Assembly: GCA_047495785.1 (NCBI GenBank)
Contig: JBLDXI010000029.1
Location: 2,666,001 to 2,730,000, forward strand
DNA length: 64,000 nt
From: Lepidodermella squamata
Taxonomy: Eukaryota > Animalia > Gastrotricha
Direction of reading: 5' to 3'
This document shows, in pieces, positions 39,401 through 51,458 of the stretch; within the stretch, counting starts at the first letter, position 1, and each line of letters opens with the position of its first letter. The notes under the pieces are model-generated. The model was not told the DNA's origin. It saw only the letters and a program-made list of their open reading frames with translations, and ran no database searches. A program made the position numbers and the translations under genes.

Positions 39401-41637
39401 CTCGTTTAATTAGGTCGTGCTTTATATCGAGTGCGCTCAAGCGCGTCAAAATCTGCGTCACGCTCGTAATTCGAAATAACAAGAGAAATCATAAAACAGC
39501 AAAAAAAATAAACCCCCGACGCGCGTCATTGGTGTCTATCTATCTTGTATAATTGTATAGAGCGAACACGCGCGCGCGCGCGCATCAGTGGCGCCGGCAT
39601 CACCGCCGCGTGAAGGTGTCAACCTAGCGAACAGGTGTCACTCTGCCGCCACCACCGCCACCGCCAGCGCTTTGACTGGCTGGCTGGTGCGTGCACGCGG
39701 CCGCTGTCGTGATCGTAATAACATGCACACAGCTTTGTCGGCTCCGCAGCCCCGACGACGACAACTTTATGACACCCTGGCGATACGAGCTACTGCTCGC
39801 TCGCGCGCACCACGACAGGAACACGGTGAATGCTTAGTTATTATATCATCATGAAATACAGGTATCAGATACTACAAAGTTGAAAATTTACTTGTGGCTG
39901 ATAGCTGAAGGCTGACGCGAGCGCGCGCGCTTGGCTTTTTACGTGTCTATCTCTAGGTATTTGTTCGGTGTAAACACACACTACATACACGCGAAAAGGT
40001 GAATTCAAGAATCTGTCAAGAAATTGCATGACTAGGCTGGGTTTTTATGGCGTGGGCCTGCCCATTTGCCCGCGTGCCATGCCTATGAGCTGCGTACCTG
40101 TGAGAACGAGTTGTGGGGTAGATTAATTTTTAATCTAGTCTCCTGAAAGATCAAAACCGGATCAAATCGGAATCGAATTTCCTCCGTATTAATTTTCAGT
40201 AATTTTAGAAAAATTGAATTTAAATGTTAACATTCATGATAAATTTGCTCGATTTGCAATTTTCGAAGAATATGCAAAGCAGCAGAGAATCAAATTCCAT
40301 TTGATCAACGCCGATCATTATCAAATTTTGATCTACCTAAATCAATTAAATCAAATCTCAGGCCATAGAAAGGTTGCGAATAAATCACAGTAAATTCTTG
40401 GATAGCATGCTTATCGAGAGTCGGAAGGCTGTAAAAAGCTGATTTTTATCTAAAATGACGATAATTGCCACGTTTTGCGGTATTAGATTTTTCAAATGCC
40501 AAAAAAGGATCAAAGTCGGATCAAAAATGAACCTTAACTCAAATCGAATTCGAATCGATTAAATCAAATAAAAATTTATCGCTAGTAATTTTGTTGTGAT
40601 CGAAAATTGTATTTCTCCGTAATGAATTGGTAAAATCCAAAATGTAAAGATGTAGATGGAATGAATTTTGAAACGTAATTTTTTTCAAAAATTAATGTTT
40701 AATTTTTTAATTGATGTTTTTTTAGGTCGTGGTCGATCTCGAACTCGTGAAAAGTACCGCGTTGTCTATACCGATCACCAGCGATTCGAGTTGGAGAAAG
40801 AATTTCGCTACACCAAATACATCACAATACGGCGGAAAACCGAACTCGCTCGAACCCTCGGCCTCACAGATCGCCAGGTAAATATGGACAAGCTTTATAC
40901 TTTATAGGCTATTCGAAACCCGAAGTCATTCTACAAAATATCTCAAAATCAGTTCTTAATTCAACTTGTTAAGCTTGAAGTTCAGAGTGAAAATAGTTTC
41001 TCAATTCCAAGGCCTGATCGGGGTTTCAAGTTGCAATTTTGCAGGGTCTACAAAAATTAACCAAAATTCTAATTTAGGTTCCATTTGAATTTTTGAATTC
41101 TAATTTGAATTTTCCCGTGATTATGGGACGTCGGGTTTCCCATTTTTGAACGATACCAAAGCAAAGCAATTGAACCTGATTAAAAACAATTTTTCAGAAA
41201 GGTTTAGTTCGAAATTGAAGATATTTTAAGAAAAATAATATTTTCGAAGGGTCACAGCTTGAAGTTTTAATTTCCAGTTATTTCTTGGTTATTTCGACTA
41301 TTTTTAAATTTTCGATTTTTTCCAGGTGAAAATATGGTTTCAAAACCGGCGTGCGAAAGAGCGTAAAATGATGAAAAAACGTGACGAGCAGATGGCGCTG
41401 CAGCAGCGCGAAGCCGTTCTCGAATCGGTGAAACAAGCCGCCGCCGCAGCTGCGCGCACCCTCGGCTCGTCCATCAGCGGCTCCGGCCATCTTCCGGTCT
41501 CGGCATCAGCGATGCACCAACATCACCAGCAGCAGCAACAGCAACAGCAGCAGCAACAGGCCTCTTTCGCTCAGCTAGCCTCGGCGCAAAACCAATTTTT
41601 CCACGCGAGCGAAAAGCTCGAACCGCAAAATCTATGA
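36439..41637 (+). CDS. Cdx: Caudal/Cdx ParaHox homeobox protein (exons 36439-37084, 38029-38430, 40726-40877, 41326-41637)
   Basis: Homeodomain [46 protein letters not shown]|[14 protein letters not shown], with the intron between Q and V. Phase-1 joins link the upstream exons. Confidence 0.95.
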
Positions 41638-42821
41638 TGATTCATCGCCATTTTATACTTGATACATTTTATCAGAAAAAAATTAGAAAATTTTATATCA
41701 CTCGTGCGAAAAATGTTGTGACCGAAAAAATGCCGTGTCAAGGTCTGATTGATGTGTTGTTTTCTTTGTTTCGTTAGTTTTCAGAGAAAAAATTGGATGC
41801 AATTTTTGTTATTTCAAAATTCGGTTCGGTTTTTTTCCATTTCAATCTGTGAAAAATGTCGTGAATTTTTTAAAATTTGCTCGCTGTGTAATTGTTTGTG
41901 TTGCGCCGATGGAACAAAACGTCGATATAGATATCGCCCCTCCTCCTCACTCGTGTAAATAAATAAATAATTATTACAAAAAATATCAGTTAATGCGCTA
42001 TAATAATAATTATTATTATTTGCAGCTCTGCGTTTTTTTCTGCTCTTTGTGAAATTTCTACCAATTTTTTTTCTTTTATTTGTTCGAGTCGAAAAATTAG
42101 TGAATAAATAAATAAATAATTCAAATAAAAAAATCAATCACGTTTTGGAGAAATAATTGATCTCTTTTGCTTATCGTTGAATTTATGATTTGAATTAAAT
42201 TGGAATCTCCTGATCAAACTCGGATCAAATTCGTTCCAACCGGGTAAATACCGATAATTACTGGTTTCCTAAGGTAAATCTGAATTTTCTTCGAATATTG
42301 GATGGAAAATTTCCTTTTTGGTTTTACTTCATATCTTAAAATTGAAAAGTCAAACTATCATGGTTTTGGGAGATTTTCTAACAACATAAAAGGAAAAATA
42401 ACGTAGATTTTTTCAGTATTTTTCAGTCTTTTCAGATGAAATGAGGTATGAAATCTCACCAGCACCTAATTCTACATAGCTAGATTCCTTTTTCCACTTA
42501 TTTCTTTGGTTAAATTGGGGACACCTTATTATTTGTTTGAGGTCATTCTTCATGATGTCTTGTTCCTACCTGTCTGGTAAACTTTTTTAAGCTGTTAAGT
42601 TTTCATACTATTCCGAGTTCCTGGAGCGTATAAGGGCCATCTTCCTCGGCCATTGTTATTAACGAGAATAGTAATAGCTCTATTGTACGCATGCAGTGTG
42701 TTAGAATACGCACGCAACAACACATGAATTAGCTTCACACTAGCATTTCATTTTCACTATACTACATACTATATACTATACATACCTGTGTTAGAATTAG
42801 GAAAATGCTTTGCTAGTAGCT

Positions 42822-43996
42822 ATGCCTATGGGTGAAGGCATGTCAACACTGAACAATCAACCGCCGGGTAATGGATTGAATGACGGATCAAAGCCGCCTA
42901 TCCCGGCCGATCTTTCGTCTCCCTCATCCAGCTCTTCATCTGCTCAACAAGAGTCACTACAGCTAAGACTGTCTGCCTTAAGAGCTAGACAGCAGGAGTT
43001 GCAGCAAACTTCAACCCCAGTTACTCCGCAGAATTCTGGGGCTTACGGCTTCAGAGCTAGCGCGAAATGCTCAACCAGCCCTGAGTACCTACTCCTACTC
43101 GAGAATATCAATCTGTCGGTTTCAAGCAGACCGCAGGCTCTATTTAGCGATGCGAATCTTACGATAAGTACTGGTAGCAGGTACGGATTGGTTGGATCTG
43201 CTAGGGAGTGTGGCAAGTCGACGCTACTTAAGGTGTTAGCTCTGAAAGCTGAGTTCCGCATCCCGCCCGAAATTGAGGTAGTCCTCTGCGATCAATCTCA
43301 GGTGAATGTCGCAACAGAAACTCCACTTCTGCTGGAATTCGGCGATGTCAGAGCCATTGATTTTGTCCTGCAATCCGAGCGGACTTGGGCGACTCTCAAG
43401 GCGAAGGAGCATGCGCTGGAGGCGATGGTTAAACGGCGGGAGAATGTTACGGACGCTTATGCTCAGTTGAAACATGTCTACGAGCAGCTGTGCTTCATAG
43501 CCTCTGGACAGGCTGATACGAAAGCGAGATTGGTGCTGTCGGGACTTGGCTTCTCGCCAGAACGACAGAATGCGCTGATGAAGGATTTGAGCCCGCCGAG
43601 GAGGATGGTCGCGTCGCTAGCTAGGGCTCTCTACTCTGAACCTGCCCTTCTCCTAATCGACCGACCGACAAATTTTCTAGATGTCGATGGAATCGTGTGG
43701 CTGGAGAACTATCTGAAGAGTAATATTTCGCATTAAGGAGGATTTTTTCTAATCATTTCAATTTTCCAATTTTGCCAATGTTTCCTTATTATAGTTTGGC
43801 CAACTGCGTTGATTATCAACTCGCAGGATCGAGCTTTTCTCGACGCTGTATGCTCAGTCATAATTTTCATCAACAACCAGAAATTGTTTACGTACCAAGG
43901 CAATTTTTCGAGTTTTCGCAGGGTAAAGTTCATGTCATAGAACAATCAGCCATCATCTTTCAGTTTTTGTTTTGCTAGCAACTCAACATTCGATAA
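42822..43996 (+). CDS. Single-NBD ABCF1-like protein with degenerate ATPase motifs (exons 42822-43719, 43795-43922, 43979-43996)
   Basis: RYGLVG..GKSTLL, A..VL.GLGF, SLARAL..EP.LLL.D.PTN.LD...VWLENYL and D.AFLD.VC..II..YQGN resemble ABCF NBD1. Stop at 43994-43996 and AATAAA at 44041. Confidence 0.8.
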
Positions 43997-44080
43997 CAAA
44001 CTAAACTGCTCTATACATAACTCCGATGAATGCTGGGCTAAATAAAAACGATTGTTTTATTTCGATTCCGTACAAAGAAT

Positions 44081-44776
44081 TTACAGTTTTATGCAATTCA
44101 TTAGAGTAAAAAGTGATGAAGTAACAAGGAGGATTCCTGATATTGAGTAGGACGAAGCTGCAGCTGGGCAATTGCATCCAGAACTGGTGCAGCATACTGT
44201 ATCTCCGGCAGTTGCGGAATTGGGGCTTCAGAAAACCGCATATCAAAAGAGATAGATTGAAAAGTAGGAAACTTACCATGAAGCTACGCACATGCGTTGA
44301 GTGTTCTTCGTACCGTCTGAGCTGGATAACACTGAAGTTGCGCAATAGTTGTAGCCATAGGCGCAGCCTTGAATATCCTGGATTGGAAGGAAAAAGCACA
44401 GGTCAAATTTCAATTTTACGAAAATCAAAGAAATGCTAGGTTAATTTGACCTAATTTCAAAGAAATCGGCTTAAAAACGTAGCTGGGAAAAGGCCGGTCC
44501 AAATGATCTGTTTAGGGATTTAGAGCGAGTTAGGACTAATCTTTGGGGCTATGAGCCAATCTCACCACAGAAAATTAAGTAGACCAGCAATAGGACGTTT
44601 TAAGGGGGTTGTTAAGGCCGAAATGATACTGCAAGTTTACGTAGGGATAATTACAAGCTTACCTTTGTTTTAGAGTCGCAGTTGGTGCAAGTGCAGCATG
44701 ATAAGGCGGAAGCCAACGAGGCACAACTTGCCAAGGTTAGGAAGCCTAATGCTAGGTTGCTGTTAACAGGTCTCAT
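44081..44776 (-). CDS. Ly6/three-finger-like GPI-type protein 1 (exons 44776-44663, 44377-44277, 44225-44081); absent from the ORF track
   Basis: Spliced product MRPVNSNLALGFLTLASCASLASALSCCTCTNCDSKTK|DIQGCAYGYNYC..QRMCVASC|PNS..CCTSSGCNCPAA..ILLVTSSLFTLMNCIKL*. Confidence 0.85.
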
Positions 44777-46657
44777 TCTGGCGCTAACTGTCCGCTTGTT
44801 TTTTCACCTTTTTGAAAACACTAAAAGGTAAACAGTTATTGTGTTCAGAGTCTGGGATCTAATTTTTTTAGCAAGATTTCAAGCTAAAAAACGTTGTAAT
44901 TCACTGAATCTGCGAGTGCGTGGCCAATATTGCTACGTTCCCACACGAACTTTCTTCAGTAACGGCTGCGTAGTTGTAAAATAAAGCCCACATATTTATG
45001 ATCATAGTAGCGGCTCGAACAAAGCGCCAGCATTTATTTTTTTAAACGCCACCGGATTTTAAGGCCAGTATTATTTCAGCGGCAAAAACTCGCAGGGCTT
45101 TGTGCGCATGAGCGCGGAGTGGCCATTGTGTTAGCGCCTGGGCGCCTTTTACGCGCTAATTGTACAAATAAAACACTCTTATACAGAAATATCAACAGAA
45201 ATAGAGCTCACGAGAGTGATTAATACTCGTGGTCAGTGTTCTGTGACGTCGAAACAGCGCTTTTAAAATATCAAGTTTCACAAACTTAATACTCAACTCT
45301 GTCAACGTTATTGCTTCAGTTGCCTCAAAATCACCATTTAGGGTGTGTCAACTTTTTGACTTCGAAAACCCTTAAAATTCTCTCTATCGATTCTTCCTAA
45401 GAGTTTCGTTATAGCTGCCATGGAAATTCGAAAAAAGCATAGCCGCCACTAACATTTTTTGCAAGTTTTCGTATCGATCCTCAAATTTGAGCTTGAGCGT
45501 TTTCTGACTGAACTGAAGGTTGTTATCCCTACCTAACCCCTACAAAACCCGAATGGGAGTGGCGTGGTAATTTTGGTAACTTACTGGTTTTGGCTTGATC
45601 ATGATAACTGGAACCCCCTCAAATTCCCCTCAATTCAAACTTCGCCCCAATTTTCCAGCTTATCATGTATTTTGATTCCCTATTAGACAAAATAACCTGG
45701 AATCTAAATGGAAGACCTATGACTGAATCATGTTTTTCCAATCCACCTTAATCCATTTTATACAATGCAACCGAGATCCATTCACAAAGCGGCGTGGGCT
45801 ATGTATATGGCTAATCCGCCGTTGTTTCCTACACACAAAACACGCGATGAGATGATGAAACGAAAGCAAACACGTCGCAGCGAAACCCAACTTGAATCTA
45901 CACCTTACCATGCCAAATTTTGTAGTAACCCTATCACTGGGCATACTGATTTATTGCATTAACGCAACAGCAGCCTTGCAATGCTGTAATTGCTACAATT
46001 GCGCCGGATCGAATGGTTTGAAAATCTTGTAAAAATCTTCAAAAATTCCAAATTTTTTTGAATTAAGATCTCCAAGTTTGCCCATATGGAACAGCTGCGT
46101 GTGCTGTATTGAAAACCGAGGATAGAACTGGTTATACTTCAACAATCGTCGATCGAGTCTGCGTTAATTCATGCCCAGTAAGATATCTAATCTATTCGCC
46201 TAATTTCGAATAAATTTAACCCGATCAGCAATCAATAACAACGGATGACGTTCAATGCTGCACGAAAAGTGGCTGCAACTGCCCGAACTACAAAGGCTCG
46301 GCGCCAAGTTTGAGCTACTACGTCACGAGTCTAACACTGCTGTGCTGTCTGCTTTGCGTAGTAAATATCATTTTTTAGACCTGTCTTTGTTACCGTTTAA
46401 GCGTTGCAATAAAAAAAAACGCAAATTTTACTCGCCCCCGCTTGTTTCGGACACCGTATTGTTTGTTTACCCGCCGCCGACGTACCGAAACGGCCCCGCG
46501 CGTAACTTATCACACCTTACAACCGACGATTTCAGGGTAAACAATGATTTGAACTTTCAGTATTTGCCCACCTCTAACTCACGCAGTTTTCTCACTCGCG
46601 TTTCTGTTACCTTGTAGATTTTTTAAACCGAAAGTTTACTGCGAAACTTCGATTCGA

Positions 46658-47008
46658 ATGGCGAACCTAACAATCTTCTGCGCCGTTTTGGCCGTTGCCC
46701 TTTTCGTGGCTTCCGTCGACGCGTTGCGATGCTGCCAGTGCGACACGTGCCAGAGCAGTGTTAACGACGTTACTTATTGCCCTTACAATCACGGCTACTG
46801 CATTACAAACACAACTACAGACGCTTCTGGCCAGCAAAAGGCAGCAACTGTTCGAGCCTGTTCGCCGACCTGTCCAAACTCTGTTACCAAGGGCGATATT
46901 TCTTGCTGCACAAGCGACCTGTGCAACTGCCCTAGCTCTTCTGGAGCTGAATCTATACTAGGCAGTTTCGCCGTCTTATCAATCGCTGCTTTGGCTAAAT
47001 TTTTGTAG
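46658..47008 (+). CDS. Ly6/three-finger-like GPI-type protein 2
   Basis: Signal peptide, LRCCQCDTC..YC..RACSPTCP..CCTSDLCNCP, hydrophobic tail. Confidence 0.9.
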   Translation: MANLTIFCAVLAVALFVASVDALRCCQCDTCQSSVNDVTYCPYNHGYCITNTTTDASGQQKAATVRACSPTCPNSVTKGDISCCTSDLCNCPSSSGAESILGSFAVLSIAALAKFL

Positions 47009-48315
47009 AACAACTGGAAGTTTTCACGATAAATATACGTTTTTATGAGTGTTTGTAAATAGGCTTCCCTATTCTCCAATCTCAAGAGTCACACCGTTGA
47101 TTTTGGTTCAGCTGCTATGCTACATCTTTTGCGTGTCTACAATCATTTTCACATTTCGCTAGTTGTTGCAAAAGATTTATAGAGAATAAACATCTCGTTA
47201 TACATGTTAATGTGTTGTGACGCGTATTTTTGTTACTATACTGCAAAAAAACAACAATATTTTAATCCTAAATATTGTGAGAAAATTGTTTTGCTATTGC
47301 AAGGCTTCGCATTAAGGATCCTAACCTCAACCCAAATAGAAAAGATCCTGACATCCAATAACCTCTTAATTAACCTGACATTCACGAGCAGTATCAGTTA
47401 ACTCAAAAAGCTCATCCGCTTTAAATCCAAAACCAAAATCCTGGCCTCAAGACAAAAATTGAGAATTGAGCATCTATTTGGTTCGTTCCCTGGTATAAAT
47501 TTCAAAAGGGCGAAATATTTCAAAATTGTCAATAATTCCATAAAAAGATTACGTAATTATCTTCAGCAAAATCCATTTTTCGAGTGTTAGGCCTGTTCCG
47601 ATCTCGAGATCCTGGTTTAAACGTTGAAATCTACACCGAGACATAAGGCCTCAAGTGAAACGTTGGGCTGACCTAGTTTTCTCACATTTTTAGAATGGCA
47701 ACGTTTGTGAGTGGGCGTTATAGTACCAACTCTCAGCTTTCGCTAGGCTAACTAGATTTCAAAGGGTCTTACTTTTAGCGGCACAAAACTTTGGAATTTT
47801 AAAAGGGCTGAAACCACTATTCGAAACATTCAAAGATCTCATGATTGATGGGAATAATTGTGAATAAATCGTCTCTAAATTCAGCGTAAAGTTGTATATA
47901 AGACGTATTCTTCACTATAGAATTCATGCATTGCCTTTATTTCGTAAAAAATATTCGAAAAGCGACCTTTGGTTTGTTAAATAATAGGTTCCGCAACAGG
48001 AAAATTAGGTTCTGCTAAAAATATTCTGAATTTCAAACCACAAGGGCCTAATTCGATCAAAACGGGCTTCAATTTTCAGGTCGATTTAGCTGAACCCTCA
48101 AACAAGCTCGTTTCGAACCATCTAACAGGCTGCTATCGAGGAAAAAGACTTAAGGCGGATTTTTCAGGGTTCCCGATCGTCTGCCTTTGGCATTTCTTTA
48201 TTTAATGACTTTGATCTGCCTGGCTAATCTTGTCTGTGAAGTCGAATCCCCCGCTCTACGAATCTTTGGCGAACCCCAATAAAGTCATGTTGGCTTATCA
48301 TTTTTTCCTAGGAGC

Positions 48316-48720
48316 ATGCTCCTTCTAATTCTTACGTTTCTTTGGTGTCCACAAGTTGCCGAAGGCCTAACTTGCTGTTTCTGCAAGAACTGTACAATCG
48401 GCAGTGAATACTCAAGCAGCAGCAGTTACCTCCTCGAAAACTGCCCTGAAGACTCGGAATACTGCACAAGTTACATCATAGCAATTCCACGCAAATTCCC
48501 ACGAGAAAACGAACCGCAGTACGAAACCCGCGTGTGGAGCCAGTGCTCGCGGTACTGTTTAGACGGCGGCGGTCTTAATCTAGGCATTTGCTGCCCCGAC
48601 AACAACTGCAATTGCCCGAAGGCGTCAAATAGCATCCGACTAACATCCTACTCGATTGTTTGCACCTATTTGTCATTAATCTTTGCTGTTTTCAATAAAA
48701 CAAACTACAATCTTGCCTAA
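48316..48720 (+). CDS. Ly6/three-finger-like GPI-type protein 3
   Basis: Signal peptide, LTCCFCKNC..YC..CSRYC..CCPDNNCNCP, hydrophobic tail. Confidence 0.88.
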   Translation: MLLLILTFLWCPQVAEGLTCCFCKNCTIGSEYSSSSSYLLENCPEDSEYCTSYIIAIPRKFPRENEPQYETRVWSQCSRYCLDGGGLNLGICCPDNNCNCPKASNSIRLTSYSIVCTYLSLIFAVFNKTNYNLA

Positions 48721-48796
48721 TGCGCCTCTTTAATGCTAGAGGTGGAAAATCCCAACAACGTCAGCATTCGTTCCTGTTTACGTTTTCAGTTCAAAA

Positions 48797-49180
48797 ATGC
48801 ACGTTTCAAACTACGCCTTAATCTTTGTGATTCTTTCGAGTTTTCTCGATGGAATTTACGCGATTTCTTGCTGCTCCTGCGTCGACTGCAAGGGTAAATC
48901 AACTCAAGTTGCTGACGTCCAGCTTTGCCCGATTGATTTCAACGTCTGCTATTCTTACGTGAGGAACAACTCGCTGGGCGAGGTTTACATCCAGCGCGGA
49001 TGTGGCAGCCAGTGCCCGTTGAAGATCGACACGACTAATGCGATGGTTTGCTGTATTGGCGATGGCTGTAACTGCCCGAATTACAATGGCGGCCTGTCAC
49101 AAACTGCGCTGTTCAAAGACTACCTGTTGCTACCTTTGCTAGCTTTCGTAGCATGCATCACTTCAGGCCGTTTACTATGA
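48797..49180 (+). CDS. Ly6/three-finger-like GPI-type protein 4
   Basis: Signal peptide, ISCCSCVDC..RGCGSQCP..CCIGDGCNCP, hydrophobic tail. Confidence 0.9.
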   Translation: MHVSNYALIFVILSSFLDGIYAISCCSCVDCKGKSTQVADVQLCPIDFNVCYSYVRNNSLGEVYIQRGCGSQCPLKIDTTNAMVCCIGDGCNCPNYNGGLSQTALFKDYLLLPLLAFVACITSGRLL

Positions 49181-50439
49181 TCACCGATTGGCGAAAATTT
49201 ATAAATAAATCATGCTATCTAGACTAAATGCCAATCATTTCCCAAGCCTCAGAGGTAACATTTTCGAAGGGTATCAAATAATCGTTACGCTAGGTAAGAT
49301 GGTTTCCGCGACTCTCTATCAGGCAATTCATACCTTCCCGATTCCTCTAATTGTTTGATCTACGGACACGTTTTCCAGTCTCTAGAAAAATTGGCAAAGC
49401 TTTGGAGCCCACTGGTTAATTTTGCTCTCCTTCACATCACATTAATCCATGCCATTTAGTTCATAGCCGACGAATCCGGAGTACCATGACGCATCTCTGA
49501 TCTGGAGACTGACGTTCACAAGCCATGAGAAATCCTTACCTTGTAGACTCTTAACAAGCAGCCTTAAAATTCCGAATTTATGAACATCCGGAGTTTGAAA
49601 CCCTAGCTAATAAACCCCTGTGGCATTCGGAAGCTGTCACAGCCTAGAAATGTCATTTTATGAATTTCGAAATTTCAAATATATGAAATGAATCGATCGA
49701 GTCGATTAAATTGAAGAAATTCCCTCAATTCCATCTTACAATAATACCTATAGGAATTTTCATTCACAACCAAGCCTTATTACAGGTGTTATCCGGAATG
49801 ATTTTCAATAGCCCACGATTTGATTTCCCACTTCCCACTGAAGTGAAAGCAGTGATGTGAAGCTCCTAGGTTGTAATAGCCGAAATGACTGATGCGGATA
49901 AGCCAGTCTAGCTACGATAGCATTCGATCACCCATTTTACTATAAAATGTTCATAATGTTTCCTGATTTCGAAGATTTCGGAGCCGATGTATCAAGTTAT
50001 TGTGCCTTAAGTGTGTTGATCTGCTGTCTACTTAGCAGCCACTGCTAATAATTGCGAAAATTGCCACAACAAAAGCATGGCTAACAACTCGTCTTATAGC
50101 AATTTAAGCGGATTATCAATGAAAAAACTCGATGTTTTTTCCACATATACGCATGTTCAACAATGTGTGTATGTTGATAAATGACGCCGACGGTGGTTAT
50201 AATGCTCACTCATCAATCGTGGTAATGTTCAATGAGCTATGGCAAATATATGCCAGCTTAAAGAGCGCGTGGCCATCACGTTGGCCAAGTGCAATTTGTC
50301 TCACGTCGAACGCGACTCCAATTAATGCGCCGCTACTCTCACGACAGCACATCTCAAGTGTTTTCCACACTTTGCTTATAATTCGCGATTATTCTATTAG
50401 GCTGTAATCATTTAACACCGACAAATTCTCAGCTGAAAG

Positions 50440-50841
50440 ATGAAAGCTACCTTAATTTGCGCAGGGATAGTTATTCTGGGCCTTCTCGGACAATCCGATG
50501 CCCTGTCTTGCTGCACAGGGACTTCATCGAATGTTCGCGATGTCAACACGTGCGGAGCTGGTCAAAATTACTGCTCGGTAATTCGAACTGTTAACGGCGG
50601 TTCAGGATCCGTTTCATACTATCGCGGCTGTGAGTCGACCTGCCCACAGCCTGCGACTTACAGCGAACAAATCACTTGCTGGTAGGTTCTTTCGATTTAA
50701 TATCGCGAATTTAGCTAATTTTCCCTTTTAATACCCAGCCAAACATCTGCCTGCAACTGCCCGATTAGCTCAGGATATGTTGTAAAATCTGCAACTGGAC
50801 TCATTTTAGCTGCGATCTTCTCCAAGTTGCTCCTTTTATAG
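50440..50841 (+). CDS. Ly6/three-finger-like GPI-type protein 5 (exons 50440-50681, 50739-50841)
   Basis: A 57-nt intron joins ITC-C|QTSACNCP..LILAAIFSKLLLL*. Confidence 0.88.
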
Positions 50842-51059
50842 TGGAAAAAATGAAATGTTGACATGAGCTGATTAGATTTTTGTTAAATAAACAATTTCTT
50901 GAATTTAATCTGCACTTGAATGTTATATCATGACAGGTGCCGCCTTAACAACGCTTTTTAAGGTGTTTGCACCGGGGTGTGAGGCGGAAAGCCGCTAATC
51001 TGCCCGCGCGATGCCTCACGCCTTCCTCATACTCATTAAATTTTCATTATTCAAAAAAA

Positions 51060-51458
51060 ATGCTAGCCGCTTTTATTTTCCTGGTCTGCGTTTTACTGCC
51101 GAAGCCATCTATTCAGGGAGACGATGGCTTGACTTGTTGCATTTCAACAGAAACAGACCAATCAAAGGCCCCGCCGCGAGATTTGGACTACTGCCCGCGA
51201 GATGCCAACTTTTGCGTCGCTACGAAAACTACAAGCCCCGGCAATTTGAACACAGAACCGGTGAAAAGTTACGTTCGACAACGCTACTGTGCTGCGACGT
51301 GCCCGCAACCGATTGAGAATTCGTTCCTGCTCGAAGCTTGCTGCCCCAAAAGCGGATGCAACTGCCCAGCGGCGACTGCAGGTTCTGATAATGTCAAACT
51401 CAACTCGGGATTGGCAATTCTCGTCATCTCATTAGCTATCGGAATTTTAAGGAACTAA
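51060..51458 (+). CDS. Ly6/three-finger-like GPI-type protein 6
   Basis: MLAAFIFLVCVLL signal, LTCC..FC..RYCAATCP..CCPKSGCNCP, hydrophobic tail. Confidence 0.88.
   Translation: MLAAFIFLVCVLLPKPSIQGDDGLTCCISTETDQSKAPPRDLDYCPRDANFCVATKTTSPGNLNTEPVKSYVRQRYCAATCPQPIENSFLLEACCPKSGCNCPAATAGSDNVKLNSGLAILVISLAIGILRN

Noticed and set aside
44675-44860. Apparent third exon of the ABCF-like gene on the + strand (SQLVQVQHDKAEANEAQLAK)
   Set aside because: It is the antisense of Ly6-1 exon 1. The ABCF-like gene has a nearer acceptor, stop and polyA signal at 43979-44046.
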